This document shows positions 38,401 through 49,919 of a DNA stretch of 64,000 bases, piece by piece. A program made the position numbers and the translations under genes. Origin of the DNA: Antedon mediterranea (taxonomy: Eukaryota > Animalia > Echinodermata); NCBI RefSeq assembly GCF_964355755.1, contig NC_092676.1, positions 13,720,871-13,784,870 of the forward strand. Direction: 5' to 3'. The notes beneath the pieces were generated by a model. That model saw nothing but the letters and a program-made list of their open reading frames with translations. It ran no database searches and had not been told where the DNA came from. Position 1 is the stretch's first letter. Every line of letters begins with the position of its first letter.

Positions 38401-41400
38401 TAAATATATCCATCATATTCATCATTACAGTTTAAACACTGTTTTGTCTGGGATTATCTAAACCAGGTTTCATTTTCATAACTTATAACCTTCATTTTAA
38501 TGTAAATATCATGTGATTATATCACACAGTATTTAAACTAAAAGTAAATCTTGTCCTACTGTGTATGACATGTTCACCGTGTCAAATAATTTGCCTAGAT
38601 ACAGTAAATTGAGTTCCGTCTCTCTCTTTATCTTTATTTTAACAGGTACTAATTACGGACGTATACAAATACACAAATTATGGCCCAAGGTTTTGAAATC
38701 CTCACACACAATGCTGGATCCGCCCCTGAATGATTACCTTGAGTCCCATCTGTCCGTTCCAGTGTCATACTTGTATGTTGGTGGAAACGTAATTTTACCT
38801 TCATCAAATCCAACAAACACTTTTTTTTGCATTCTTTGATTATGAAGCTGTAATAAAGAATAGCACATTGTATTGATTAAAAAAAATATTATGTGGAAGT
38901 ATATTAAATGGTTACTAAACGAAAAATATACATTGCAATTCCACCTTTGGATTACAAATCAACTATTGTTATAACCCCCCGCACCCACTCCAGGGTGTTT
39001 TTCAAATGGAGCTTCCTCAGTACAATTCAGGTCATTGTGATACACCATGTGCATGGATGCGTGCAGTAGGAAAAGGAAGTATAACAATCATTGTATAATA
39101 ATCATGTATAATACATTTTTTTGACAAACCTGATCCTTCTGGTACAACCAATCAAACTCTCCTTTTTCAACATACATTTTGACAGCTTCACTGTCATAAT
39201 GATCAATCCTGTAGTTGAGATCTCCAAGCCAAACCAATATACTATCGATAAGGTATAAATAATTGTTTTTAAAAATTGTATGTATTTGTTAAGGATTACT
39301 AATAATAAATTTATCACTGTGCTATCAGGTAGGTGGTAATCCCCCGAACAGGGGCTATTTTGTGAACCACTTCACCGGGTAACCCCCTACATTTGACTTG
39401 CGATAATGTGGGCATGAAAGTATTTTTGAAAAACTTACTCATGATGATAGACACTTAATGATGTTCCATTGTCTCTTTCAAACATCATTCTTTGACAAAT
39501 ATCATAAAAATCCTGAGTTAAGAACAAGACTAAAACTGTTATATCTACAAAGCTCATTTTTTTTTGTTCACTAAAATTATTATATATGACTAGATGGTAC
39601 GCTCGCTTCGCTCGCGTACCATCTAGGTCGTGCCCACAGATGGTTCTCGAATACATAATAATTTCAGCGTTAAAAAACTGGCGATTTCAAATGTACGTAC
39701 CGCAGGACAATAATACATGTCGTTTACAGGAACGAATAAAAAGACACTGATTTATGTACTCAACTAAAATTAGCACCCTGGGAATTAATTAGACCAATTG
39801 TTTAAGTCAAATTTAAACAAACTTAATTTGTGTTTTGTATGTAACATTAGGGTTGAGGGATGGGGAAGAGGATGGGTGCAAAGAGGAACAATTTTTAAAT
39901 ATATTCTTTATCCATTTAGTAACGAAATATTAATTGTTTTCATTTTTTACAAATAATATACCACTACACACAGTAAAACATTGCGATTTAATACTTTGTT
40001 GAAACTATCACCGTCATAGTCGATTGAAATAGTACAGTACATGTAACGATACATCACTACGACGTGTATATGTTTATATAATGTAAAACCATTTGTGAAA
40101 ACCACCTCTATTCGGGGAAAATCATAAATTTGATTTAATCGTCAATAAATATTAAATTATCTAACTCAACTTAATTAGTAGGACTAATGGTTTTCAATTG
40201 TTTCTTAGAGCCAATTCATACTTAAGTTGGTTCCTACCCTACCCACCAAAGTTGTTCTGCGTTTAGGGCATGTGATGTACCGTAGGCCTATCCTCTACTG
40301 GTTTTACAACGCTACTCATGCCAGTGAGGGAAGGGTGATGATGTGGGTGGTTTAACTGCAATAATAAAGATGTGTACATAATATACGGCGAGTGAAAACG
40401 CTAGCTCATTATCCGCTTAAAAAAAAATTATATCCAACCTCTGCAGCACAGATTGAAAAAAAAATGGATCGAATTTCTGTTATGAGTATACAGTACTTGC
40501 CTTTACGACGCCTGAGGGAATAGACGCTTGTGGAACAGAGATTGGAATGTTCCATTCATCGCAAATCAATACATTTGTATAAACGTATATTAAATCTATC
40601 AAAATAGTATTTTTTAAAGAAAATCGGCCTGTCTTCAACATTATGATGCTGTACTCGAGCTGTTCAACCGGTTTTCAGCCATTAAAAACAATTATCGTAG
40701 GAGGAGATAGGAAAATGCGAAGCATCCTCGTATTATTGTCTGCGGGTATTTTTCAAGACGGACATCCATTAGACAGTGTATACCACGATCGAAAAACACC
40801 CCTATTTGGGGCAAATCGTTGAACCTAAATTCGTTTTAATCGTCAATAACTAATTATCGAACTCAATTTAATTAGTAAACAGGGTTACATCAGGTGGTTA
40901 AAATCAGTACCGAAAGTACGAACCAACTTTATATACCATCGAGTAAACATTCTAGAAATAACGCGCGATTTACCGAATTTTGCCCTTACGTAAATTTATA
41001 TATAGATATATCACGTATCACATAAATTCATCTATGACGAATTCAATGTCAGTTCATAGTATATTTGTTTCAGTGTGCAGAAGATGTCAGTGACCTAGTG
41101 ATGTAAATACTACAGGTTGTATTGTCAATTACCATTGGCAGTAAATGCAATCTATTAATTCAGAAGAATTCACATTCTGAATGTGCCAGAATTCAAAATA
41201 ATAATGTAAAAGCTGAATTTAATACTATTTACCTGATTTCTTCTTTCAAATTCTTCAACATGTGCAGCTAAGTGTGTATTAACAAAACAAAATGATGTAT
41301 TGTGAAAATTAAACCTAATAGCCACACCTCCTTTATTGCCCTAAACAAAAAAATATAACAAATGTAATTTATACAGTAATAGTCACAAAATAGGAATTAT

Positions 41401-44210
41401 CAGTCGACTCAGTTCTGATAAAGGAAAGCAAAAATAGCGCTCCTTAATTTGTCAAGACATTGGCAAAAACTAAAAAATGAAAAAAACACTCCACCTAGCT
41501 ATGCTAAGATGATTTTCTTCTTCACAATAATCAGTGGTGTTTATGTTTAAAACAATGGCCTAGAAAATTTAGATTCTGTAGTTATATCGTAGAGGAATTA
41601 GTTTAGTCTAAACTAATTCCTCCATGGTTATAGGTAGCAGTATCAATTCAAACTTTATTGCAATTGGTATAATATACAGAAAGATAAAATAGAAAATGAA
41701 GTCATACAGGGTGAACTTACTCGACACAAAAAACAACAAATACAAAACAACAAGAGTCATCATAAATTCATATACCATATAAATAATCAAGAATTACAAT
41801 AACAAAATCATTGGAATATAAGTAATGCCAGAGCGACTTTGCTCCCCTTACAATTAACATTTTTTAAGCATGCCAGTAAAATGGATAAAATCCTTTGTTG
41901 GTTGGGTGTTTACTTTCGTGTCATGTCTCTGATTGTATGGAGTCTTTTAGGTTGTAGGTAAGACGAGATGATAAAGTCTATGAGGGGGATTTAAATTTAA
42001 TGAATGGCGTGGAAAGCATTTCAACGATTAATTTGAAACACATTAATTCTGTACAAGTGAATAAGTTGGCAGTTAATTAAATACTACTGTGACTTTGATG
42101 AAATGTATGAACTGGCAGTTGGCATACAATCAGACTATAACACAGAATTTAACAAGATAAAAAAAGCAAGATACCATAGGATCTTACCATAAGAAACTCC
42201 CCAAATTAGAAAAAGAAGTCATTTTAGAATAAGTGCAGCAACGTGCTACTCAAAAGTTTTCGAAATTTAAACATTTGCCATATGAAACCAGATTAAGCTT
42301 TTTTTTAAAAGCTATTTCGCGATTGAACAACAATCGCGAAAATAAAGGGCACGCGAAAATCGTGAAATTCCCAAGGATGTTGTTTACATACAGTCGATAA
42401 TAAGTTGTTATGTGTCCATAAAGTAATTATTCTACGTGCATAGTTTGTGGTCCGTTAGCAAACGGCAAAAAAGATTCATCCGGCTGGCGTCGCGTCCCTT
42501 TGTTGTTGTTGTTGTTGTTGTACAATATATATAGAGGTAGAGTATTTTAATTATGGGGGTATCTATCTAAGAGCCTACTAAACATGTGCCTCGCCCACTG
42601 TGTAGCCAAAACGTTTATTTACATTCCTAAATTTACAATCGCGTATTCTCTAATTTTACTGACGCTATTCAATTGTTGTTTGACGTCATCATGGAGGCGA
42701 AATACATTTGCCAATTTGGTTCAACAGATTACACAAGAAACTCAAATCGCGAAAATAAAAGGTCGCGAAATAGTTGAAAATGTAAAATTTTTGGCTTTAC
42801 AGTATATTACTTTAAAAACATAAAACCAGATCATTCCTTGACCTAGTACGTTTTATGGTTAATTATGGTAAAACGAAAAAAAAAACAATTAATGCACTAG
42901 CTCGCATTGAATGTTCTCTTGTAGACCGTCTTAGGCACAACCTCGCTTAGTTTTGTAGGCCTAGCTGGTAAACAGCGGTACCGTACAAACATTGTACACT
43001 AGCTATAGGCCTAACCTGATGTTGCCTTACTGCTGAATTAATTGTGTTTCCTTTTTTGGCAAAATCTATTCATATAAATTGAGGAAGACCCAGTATTTTT
43101 GCTGAAAGTTATGGTTTTTTTATTTGTTTTTCATTCACGATCGATCGAAAGTGGGTGCATCACAGAAACAAACAAAAAATATCAATTTGCACGCGATGAA
43201 TTCTCGTATTTATAGCTGGCAGCTTAAATTATTATTAGAATTGACTTAGTTTTCACATTTTTAACCGTTTAAAGATGAACAAAATTATTGCAATAGGTCC
43301 ATATAGTTTTTATTTTTACATAAAATGTAGTTTGTGACCTTAAATTAGATAAAAAACATAGTGTCTTTAAGCAATATATAAGTTTGTTTTATTTTACAAA
43401 TGTTTCCGTAGTGGCTTCACATATTGTAAGATTTGAACCATATCCTTTGAAATGGCTATCAAACATCTAAACCATTAATGAATGCTGAAGCCAATACACA
43501 TAAAACATACCATTTTGCCCATGATTCCAGTGCCTACTGTTTCTGCCATTAAATTGTTGACAAATGGATAGTGGCTTTCTTGAACAAAGACTATCAACAT
43601 CATACCAACTAATCTAATTAACTTCACCTGTTGTGACAAAATAAACAAGTAATGCAAACAAAACCGTTAAAAAGTATACTTTTACCCACAAATATGTTAT
43701 TACCTATGTTGACAAAAAAGTCTTTAAACTTTACTTTTCAATTTTAGTATTATTATTAATCTCAATGCCAAAGATAGCCAAGTTAGTTTATTCACTGGTG
43801 GTCACTCAGTTCACAAATACACAATGTTCTACACAAACAGTCTTAATATCTTTAAGTGTGTAGGATTAATATTTGTCATGAGAAGAAATCCTCACATCTG
43901 ACAGGATTAATTGAACCCGGGACCCTAGGATTGGTAGCCAAGTAACAACCATTCAACACAATTCCGGGAATTAGTAATAATATTATAACATACCTTTCTG
44001 TAAGTGGCTTTTTTGTGAAGTGCATGTTCTACTGCTTTATACCATTCTTCTTCTTTTGGTGAATCGTTAAACAGGAATGCTTCTTTGCTAAGATCAAGCT
44101 CTTGGAATCCTATCACGTACATGTCTGGTATATGATCAAGTGGAGTAAGCCAAGGATTTAGTTGCTCCACTGGATTCTGTCCATTAACATTCCATGTTCC
44201 TACATATATC
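8306..44210 (-). CDS. OCRL: OCRL/INPP5B-family inositol polyphosphate 5-phosphatase, 5'-incomplete; 16 coding exons, 1954 nt, about 650 aa
   Basis: Exons join in frame with consistent intron phases. Motifs: [47 protein letters not shown], then ASH and RhoGAP-like domains. The acidic C-terminus (FLINEYDD*) has no CAAX box, so it resembles OCRL more than INPP5B. It may be a single pro-ortholog of both. Confidence 0.93.
8764..8875 (-). CDS. OCRL: OCRL exon: [24 protein letters not shown]...DAKTL
   Basis: ttgtag acceptor, gtatg donor, 112 nt. Confidence 0.93.
9228..9901 (-). mobile_element. Internally deleted Helitron fragment (family of 39590-41006)
   Basis: Shares cgtaccgcagg..., ggggcaaatcgttgaacc and the terminal aaatttatatataga. 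Confidence 0.75.
10076..10641. mobile_element. TTAA-flanked non-autonomous DNA transposon (Kolobok-like)
   Basis: TTAA|AG...CT|TTAA; imperfect TIR agctcaggtacaggca versus tgcccgcacctggcct. Confidence 0.6.
10764..10891 (-). CDS. OCRL: OCRL exon: (P)[24 protein letters not shown]...ILCKQ
   Basis: 128 nt, gtaaa donor; RhoGAP helix motif [10 protein letters not shown]. Confidence 0.94.
10892..13957 (-). other. U12-type GT-AG intron, 3066 nt
   Basis: 5' site GTATCCTTTA; branch-like TTTTCCTTAAA about 10 nt upstream of the AG. Confidence 0.88.
11560..13835. mobile_element. Long-arm foldback/TIR element in the U12 GT-AG intron, with a HINE family B fragment inside (about 12150-12690)
   Basis: About 11570-12130 is the reverse complement of about 13220-13830; ORFs 11643+ and 13620- share [21 protein letters not shown]. 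Confidence 0.75.
13958..14042 (-). CDS. OCRL: OCRL exon: [28 protein letters not shown]
   Basis: taatag acceptor; ends at a U12 donor GTATCCTTT; 85 nt. Confidence 0.92.
14086..14711. mobile_element. TTAA-flanked non-autonomous DNA transposon (Kolobok-like)
   Basis: TTAA|AGCCCCATTCCCT...AGGGAAGGGGTCT|TTAA; a related inverted copy lies at about 42815-43370. Confidence 0.7.
15700..17777 (-). mobile_element. Decayed HINE family A element interrupted by about 1.2 kb of unrelated sequence (about 16522-17722)
   Basis: Matches the HINE body (ggtgaaattatgggacc, gggaatttttgacatg); cap remnant gcggataactaa at about 17767. Confidence 0.6.
17809..17907 (-). CDS. OCRL: OCRL exon: [33 protein letters not shown]
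   Basis: ttttag acceptor, gtgaa donor, 99 nt; start of the RhoGAP-like domain. Confidence 0.93.
18000..18970 (-). mobile_element. Decayed HINE family A element
   Basis: CTAG...aactcgtcactttgaagagttagttatc end plus body similarity. Confidence 0.7.
19220..19670 (-). mobile_element. 5' fragment of the Helitron family at 39590-41006
   Basis: Matches about 40540-41006. Confidence 0.75.
19677..19940. repeat. Minisatellite with alternating 58/53-bp units (111-bp higher-order dimer), about 4.8 units
   Basis: caagagtgg starts at 19677, 19735, 19788, 19846 and 19899. Confidence 0.9.
20030..20140 (-). CDS. OCRL: OCRL exon: [19 protein letters not shown]...KDVIAL
   Basis: AC acceptor, gtaag donor, 111 nt. 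Confidence 0.92.
20269..20665 (-). mobile_element. Short, self-contained HINE family W element
   Basis: Both ends match the two separated ends of W at 4259 and 6740-6777 (tacctccttggcggaggta). Confidence 0.8.
20769..34625 (-). mobile_element. 13.9-kb nested cluster of nine HINE/Helentron-like non-autonomous elements of about 1.5 kb (E1-E9) plus five displaced 5' caps
   Basis: CTAG plus AACTCGTCACTTTGACGAGTT-type hairpin ends at 20769, 21715, 23241, 24825, 26345, 27941, 29471, 31002 and (clipped) 32859. Sub-terminal GTTATCCGC or AGGTGATC. Palindromic caps. (GAA)n microsatellite. No TSDs. Confidence 0.85.
31204..31378. mobile_element. 175-bp MITE inside HINE E8
   Basis: TIR CAGGGAAAATTTT versus AAAATGTTCTCTG; 5-bp TSD CACAT; absent from sister copies. 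Confidence 0.8.
35182..35306 (-). CDS. OCRL: OCRL exon, ASH domain: (G)DLIELTV...[16 protein letters not shown]
   Basis: ttgaag acceptor; ends at a U12 donor ATATCCTTT; 125 nt. Confidence 0.92.
35588..35753 (-). CDS. OCRL: OCRL exon, ASH domain: LEFKDVKFM...ANTGQ...[16 protein letters not shown]
   Basis: aataag acceptor, gtaac donor, 166 nt. Confidence 0.93.
36165..36275 (-). CDS. OCRL: OCRL exon: [10 protein letters not shown]...[14 protein letters not shown]
   Basis: acgtag acceptor, gtaca donor, 111 nt; linker into the ASH domain. Confidence 0.92.
36813..37793. mobile_element. Unclassified TIR element of about 1 kb
   Basis: atatgtggcacgaacaagccaaaccagtc versus gactgatctggcttgtccctgccacatat. 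Confidence 0.7.
37993..38137 (-). CDS. OCRL: OCRL exon: (S)[14 protein letters not shown]...[13 protein letters not shown]
   Basis: Catalytic motifs PAWCDRIL and SDHKPV; 145 nt. Confidence 0.95.
38738..38847 (-). CDS. OCRL: OCRL exon: [11 protein letters not shown]...[16 protein letters not shown]
   Basis: ttacag acceptor, gtaat donor, 110 nt. Confidence 0.95.
39130..39241 (-). CDS. OCRL: OCRL exon: (D)[13 protein letters not shown]...YQKDQ
   Basis: Catalytic motif GDLNYR; gatag acceptor, gtttg donor, 112 nt; different frame from the listed ORF 39102..39317. Confidence 0.93.
39439..39512 (-). CDS. OCRL: OCRL exon: [11 protein letters not shown]...SVYHH
   Basis: actcag acceptor, gtaag donor, 74 nt. 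Confidence 0.92.
39590..41006 (-). mobile_element. Non-autonomous canonical Helitron
   Basis: On the minus strand: A|TCTATATAT 5' end, GC-rich 3' hairpin region, CTAG|T end; inserted between A and T with no TSD. Confidence 0.8.
41233..41340 (-). CDS. OCRL: OCRL exon: [10 protein letters not shown]...[14 protein letters not shown]
   Basis: ttgtttag acceptor, gtaaat donor, 108 nt; not in the ORF track. Confidence 0.95.
42310..42805. mobile_element. MITE remnant ending in TACAG|TA (Tc1/mariner-like)
   Basis: Repeated cgcgaaaataaa sub-terminal motifs; right end tttacagta; left end not evident. Confidence 0.45.
43511..43627 (-). CDS. OCRL: OCRL exon: [11 protein letters not shown]...VGTGIMGKM
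   Basis: acaacag acceptor, gtatg donor, 117 nt. Confidence 0.95.
43780..43955 (-). mobile_element. Decayed tRNA-derived SINE
   Basis: Minus strand aatggtt...ggctaccaatcctagggtcccgggttcaat resembles a tRNA head with a B box. Confidence 0.45.
43994..44210 (-). CDS. OCRL: OCRL exon: (R)[11 protein letters not shown]...[12 protein letters not shown]...KATYRK
   Basis: ttattttag acceptor, gtatg donor, 217 nt; start of the 5-phosphatase domain. Confidence 0.95.
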
Positions 44211-44889
44211 CTAAAATAATTAAATATTTTAATATTCTCTGTTACAAATTGAATGTTCAAAACAATCTGTAAATGTGTCATTAAATGGGAATAATAGTAA
44301 ATGTTAAACGATTGTACAAAGGGACACTGCCAGACAAGTGCATACCTAATTTATCTTTACAACAGGATATATCGCATGAAAATTAACTCTATAACATGGG
44401 TTCAAGGATGTAGCCAATCAGACGCGCCGAAATGAGTCACATGTGCGCTCTTTATTTTTTCATTATCATGCACTGGGGTGCAAAAAGTGTGCAGCGAAAA
44501 GTCATAACAGCACTCTGCATGTAAATTGTATTGCAGAATACCGAAGATCATGCTAAGCATGTCGCACTATTGTAAATACCCTCGAGTGCGCCACTAACGC
44601 ACTCCGACTTGTACATTGTTTGTATAACATATTTGGATCTCTGGATAATCTGATGTACACAGCGGTGGGCTGGGATACTTCTAAATATAGTAGTGTAGTG
44701 AATATTGAACGATTCGTACAAAGGGACACTGTACTGACAATTACATACCTATGACCCCAGACCTCTAACCAGGGAACCTAAACTGCCTCCTGTCCCTGAT
44801 GCATTTATATATATATGGCCCAATCCCGTCATGACAGACGATAACCTCAGGTCCAAAATATAATTTAACTAAGCTAAGTACTTCTCTGC

Positions 44890-45890
44890 TACGGATGAGT
44901 TCTGTTGGGTTCATTTATTTGTTATACAGTATATTTCTATACAGTAATTTTATAAGCATCTGCAATTCCGGTTTTACTACTCTGCTAGTGACGAATACTA
45001 CGAAGCCTTTCACATTAGTTACCAATTTAGAACGCCAGGATGTTCGGTTGGAGGCGAGAGTTTCCCCAAGAACCAGTGGGAATATTAAAAGAAAACAGAT
45101 TACACTTAATAACATCTTTAAAACAGAGTTTTGGACGTCCGCGTGGACGAGGTGAGTCAGCCAGTTCAGCCAATATTTTTTGGTAGACGGTAATCTTCCA
45201 GCCGAATAACATGACCAGACCAGCGTAAGCGCCGTTTTCTAAGCATCGTAAAAATATCAGTTGTACCAGTAATTGACAACACAGCACTTGGGTACACGAT
45301 CACACCAAGAAACACCCAAGATAGAGTGCAGACAGCAATAGTGAAAAGAGTTTAGTCTTTTCTCCTGATGACGATACGTGGTCCAGGACTCTGAGCAATA
45401 TAACAGGACACTTAGCACACATGCAATGTAGATGTGAGTCTTCAATTTGATGGTAAGGTTATGGTTGTTCTATACACGAGCATGAAGTTGTCCAAAAGTT
45501 GTTGCTGCTTTCCCAATACGTGTACCAAGCTCAACATCTAGTGAGTTTTGTGTCACTTAGTGTAGAACCGAGATAGGTGAATTTCCTTACAACTTCTAAG
45601 GGTTTACCATAAATTAAAATGTTAGGTGGTTCTTAATCTGCGCCCTGAGCCAGGATTACTGTTTTGCCGTCTGAGCAGGCCTGTGAAAAGGAGCTGCAAG
45701 ATGCCTGTAATTCAGATTGGGAGTGGGCAACAATGGCAGCACCGTCCGCATACAGGAGTTCATACACAAGAACTTGCTTAATCTTTGTCTTCACACGGAG
45801 TCTAGCAAGTTAAAAAAAACACCTGTGCTTCGAGAGTGCAGCATGATACCAGAATGCTCTGGAAAAGCATATTTGAGAAAAACAGAAAGG
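44890..45890 (-). mobile_element. RTE-clade LINE, degenerate RT C-terminal part
   Basis: ELLYADG, IYIACVLSVLLYCSESWT, RPRGRPKLCFKD; frameshifts. Confidence 0.85.
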
Positions 45891-48800
45891 AAAATACCGA
45901 AGAACAGAGAGGAGATGGAGCAGATTATGATACTCTTTTGAGATCATTCGATAATTATTTTAAGGAGAGGAAGAATATACCGTTATCAAGACAAAGATTT
46001 ATCGCAGCAGAACCAAAGCCGGGTGAAACGATAAACAATTTTGCAACACGAATTATGGTTTTAGCCAAGGATTGCGAGTTTAAAGAAGAAGAGGATAATC
46101 AGGTTCGTGATAAAATCATTTCAAAATTAACTGATAAAATTCTTAAAAACAAGGTTTTGAGGCAGGAAAATTTAACTTTAAATAAACTTTTAGAAATAAC
46201 TGCTGTTTATAACAATAGGTCTGTGTCAACATTTGGTGCTGAGTCTAATGTAAACTATGCTGATTATAGACAAGGTGCTCGAAAGGATGGTGCAAGCAAG
46301 GATGATCGGAAGGAGATGCTCTGTTATCGCTGTAATTTAAAAGGCCATTTCGCAAGAAACTGTATTAAATCGAAAAACCACATTTGTAAATTATGTAATT
46401 AAAGTGGGCATTTTGAAGTTTGTTGCCGCACAAAAAAAAATAATAAGAAAAGCGGCAAGAAAATGAAATCTGATGAAGCATGCGTAATTAATAATGAAAA
46501 TGAGGTTATCAATCACCCAATTATTGTTACTGATGATTACTTTGCGTTTGGTATTAACTTTAAAGAACCCATGGATCGTGATCCTTCATTTAAGATAAAT
46601 GATAAATTGGTTGAGAATGTTATAATAGATTCTGGGGCGTCATTAAATATTATGTCTTTTGATACATTTAAATCTATAACGACTGATGTGAAATTGAGAA
46701 ATTGTGAAAATAAGATCTATCCCTATGCCATAAATAAACCTCTTACAAATTTGGGCAAATGTTCTTTAAGGGTAGAAATATTAAATTCTGAAAAACAGGA
46801 GTTTGTTGACTTTATTATAGTTCCAGGGAGTCATGCTACACTATTGGGTCGAAAAACATGTGAAAGTTTAGGTGTATTGAGAATTGGTGTTAATGTTAAT
46901 AATATAAATGTTTGTAATAACCGTATTCTTTTCAATTTAAAACAGAAATATCCAGCAGTGTTTAATGGTTTGGGCAAGATTAAAGATTACCAACTTAAAT
47001 TGCATATTGATTCTGATGTACATCCAGTGGTACAGCCTATGCGTCGCATTCCGTTCAGCAAGCGTGTGAATGTCGAAAAGAAGCTAAATGAATTGGAAGG
47101 GCTAGATGTGATCGAAAAAGTGGAGGGTCCAACATCCTGGTTAAATCCTTTAGTAGTTGTTAGTAAAGCCAAATGGTGATATCCGTCTCTGTGTGGACAT
47201 GCGCCAAGCAAATCGTGCAATTTTACGTGAACGACATCCAATTCCCACAGTAGAAGAAACTTTGCAGGAAATTTCGGGTGCGAAGGTGTTTGCTAAAATT
47301 AGATATGAATATGGCATTTCATCAAGTAGAATTGCATCCATCCTCTAGGGACATAACTACATTCTCTGGTCCAAATTCACTTTATAGGTATAAGCGATTG
47401 ATATTCGGGGCTAATATGGCGACTGAAAAATTCCAACAAATTGTTTCCCAAATAATTAAGGGTTGTCCAGGTGCATGTAACATACATGATGATATTCGCG
47501 TTTATGCTTCAGATTTAAATGAATTATCCCAGCGGGTAGAAAATATCATTAAGCGTTTCAACGATCGTGGTGTAACTTATGAAAAGTGTGTAGTTGGGGT
47601 TGATCATATAGAATTTATGGGCGATATCTTGACTAAAGACGGAATTAAAGTATCGGATGGGAAAGTAAAAGCGGTGGTAGAAGCTCCTAGACCAGGTACC
47701 AAATCTGAATTAAGGAGTTTTCTTGGTTTGGCACAATTTTGTTCTAAATTCATAATTGGTTTTTCTAGTACTGCTGCCCCATTATGGGAATAACCTGGTA
47801 AAACAGCGGAATGGGTGTGGAATAAAAACCATGATTTGGCATTTTCTGAATTAAAATCTAAAATCGCTTCTGCTCCAGTAGTGTCTTATTTTAAAAGGGA
47901 TGCTCCTACAAGAATTACGACTGACGCGTCTCCTTTTGGGTTGGGTGCCGTTTTAGAGAAACGCCATGGTAATGATTGGAAACCAGTTTATTTCATAAGT
48001 AGAAAATTAAATGACACTGAAAGTAGATATTCCCAGTTTGAAAGAGAAACCTTGGGTATAAAGTGGGCTTGTGAGAAATTACAACTTTATCTAATTGGAA
48101 TTAAATTAGTACGAACCGACCATAAACCGTTATTATCCGTGTTAAAGCCAAATTCTAGACCACCTTCAGCTCGAATTGAGCGATGGCTGTTCATCATCAT
48201 TCTAATGATTTTGCCTATAGTGCGATAGTAGATGCTCTACCTAATGCTCGTGAAATTGAAAGGGAAACCGCGAAAGATCCAATTTTGAATAATATTGAGA
48301 ACCTTATTATTTCTGGAGACTGGTCAAATTGTAATGATCCATGGTTCAAAAGTGCTAAAAACGATTTATGGATTTATGGAAGATTAATTATGAATGGTAG
48401 TAGAATTGTAATTCCGAGAACCTTAGTTAGTCGTGTACTTGAACTGGCTCACGAAGGACACCAAGGTATGGTCCGTACAAAGTCACGTTTAAGAAGCAAA
48501 ATATGGTGGCCTAACATGACGAAAGAAATTGAAAATAAATTAAATCTTGTAGACCGTGTCAATTAGTATCTGGTCATCCAAGACCAGAACCTTTAAAACC
48601 TACAGAGTTGCCAGAGGGTCCTTGGAATGATTTAGAAATTAATTTGTTGGAAATTACACCCACTGAAAAATTATTGGTTGTGATTGATTATTATTCGCGT
48701 TGGCCGGAGGCTATTTTGTTGCGTAAAACTGATGCTGCGCATGTTATTAAAGCGTTGCAAGGTGTGTTTAACACGCATGGTCTGCCGTATAGTATTAGAA

Positions 48801-49410
48801 CTGATAATGGTCCTCCTTTCGCGTCCAAAGAATTCGAAGATTTCCTTGAGTATCTTGCTATAACACACGTAAAAGGTGTACCGTTGTGGCCTCAATCAAA
48901 TGGTGGGGTAGAAAGGTTTAACGAAACCATACTTAAACCCATTAGAACTGCAAAACTAGAAGGGAAAGATTGGCATAAAGAGTTCTCAAATTTTCTATTT
49001 GTTTATCGGACAACGCCTCATACGGTTATGGGGGCGAGGCCTGACATGCTCCTTATGCAGCGTGAGCTAAGAGATACCTCAAATTAAATTTGATTGTAAA
49101 CTTGTTGAATCCGATTGGGAAGAGATGGTGCGAGTGCGCGATATGCGTTGCAAAATGCGGCAAAAGCAATATGCAGATAAAAAGCGTAGAGCTGTACCAT
49201 CTGATGTACAACAGGGTGATGAGGTAATGCTTAGGTTTAACCAGAAACCAAATAAATTGTGTTCACATTTTGAAGTTGATCCATATGATGTTATAAGTAA
49301 AGAAGGTAGTGCTGTTATTTTGCAAAACACTAAATCTGGGGTAACTAAAATGAGAAATGTATCTCAGGTTAAAAAGTTAAGTAATAATGAGGATAACAAT
49401 CACCCAATTA
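45890..49410 (+). mobile_element. Ty3/Gypsy gag-pol pseudogene with no recognisable LTRs
   Basis: Gag knuckle CYRCNLKGHFARNC; protease IIDSGAS; RT IRLCVDMR and NIHDDI; RNase H TDASPFGLGAVL; integrase AHEGHQG, IDYYSR, TDNGPPF. Order PR-RT-RH-IN; stops and frameshifts. Confidence 0.93.
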
Positions 49411-49414
49411 ATGT

Positions 49415-49918
49415 CTGTGTCTGTAGCGTAAATAGAGCTGAAGTGCTCCATCCATCATTTAAGTTGATCTGCAGCTTCGGTGAGCATAACACCATCATTT
49501 GAAAGAAGTGGTGTGTTCACATGAAGAGCTGCTAGTAATGTTTCAGCATTTTCAATGAACCAATCTGGCTGCCTACGTGAACATTGTCCAAAAACACTAA
49601 GAGCAATATCTTTGAGTGCTAAACGAAGCCGGGACCACGCAGATATTGGACTACTACTACTAGGCCTAGTTGTTACAAAGTGACCATTAAGAAGGTTTTG
49701 AAACTTGTCGATGTTTAGCTGTTTTTTTGTAGAAGCAACATCAATTGTAGGAACATGCTTTGGTTTGGCAGTGTGATATCTATTTGGTGAAAGTTTGCAT
49801 CCCACAAGAGCATGATCAGAGTTGCAGTCAGCAGACTTTAAGCTACGGCAAATGATTACCTCACATAGCCGACGTCTAACAATATTATGGTCAAGTTGAT
49901 GCCAGCGGCGAGAAATTG
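49415..49918 (-). mobile_element. RTE-clade LINE fragment (end of endonuclease plus linker)
   Basis: SADCNSDHALVGCKL and QPDWFIEN motifs. Confidence 0.7.
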
Positions 49919-49919
49919 T

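Noticed and set aside
43880-43955. tRNA gene
   Set aside because: Only a decayed B-box-like head; no full cloverleaf, so better read as a SINE remnant
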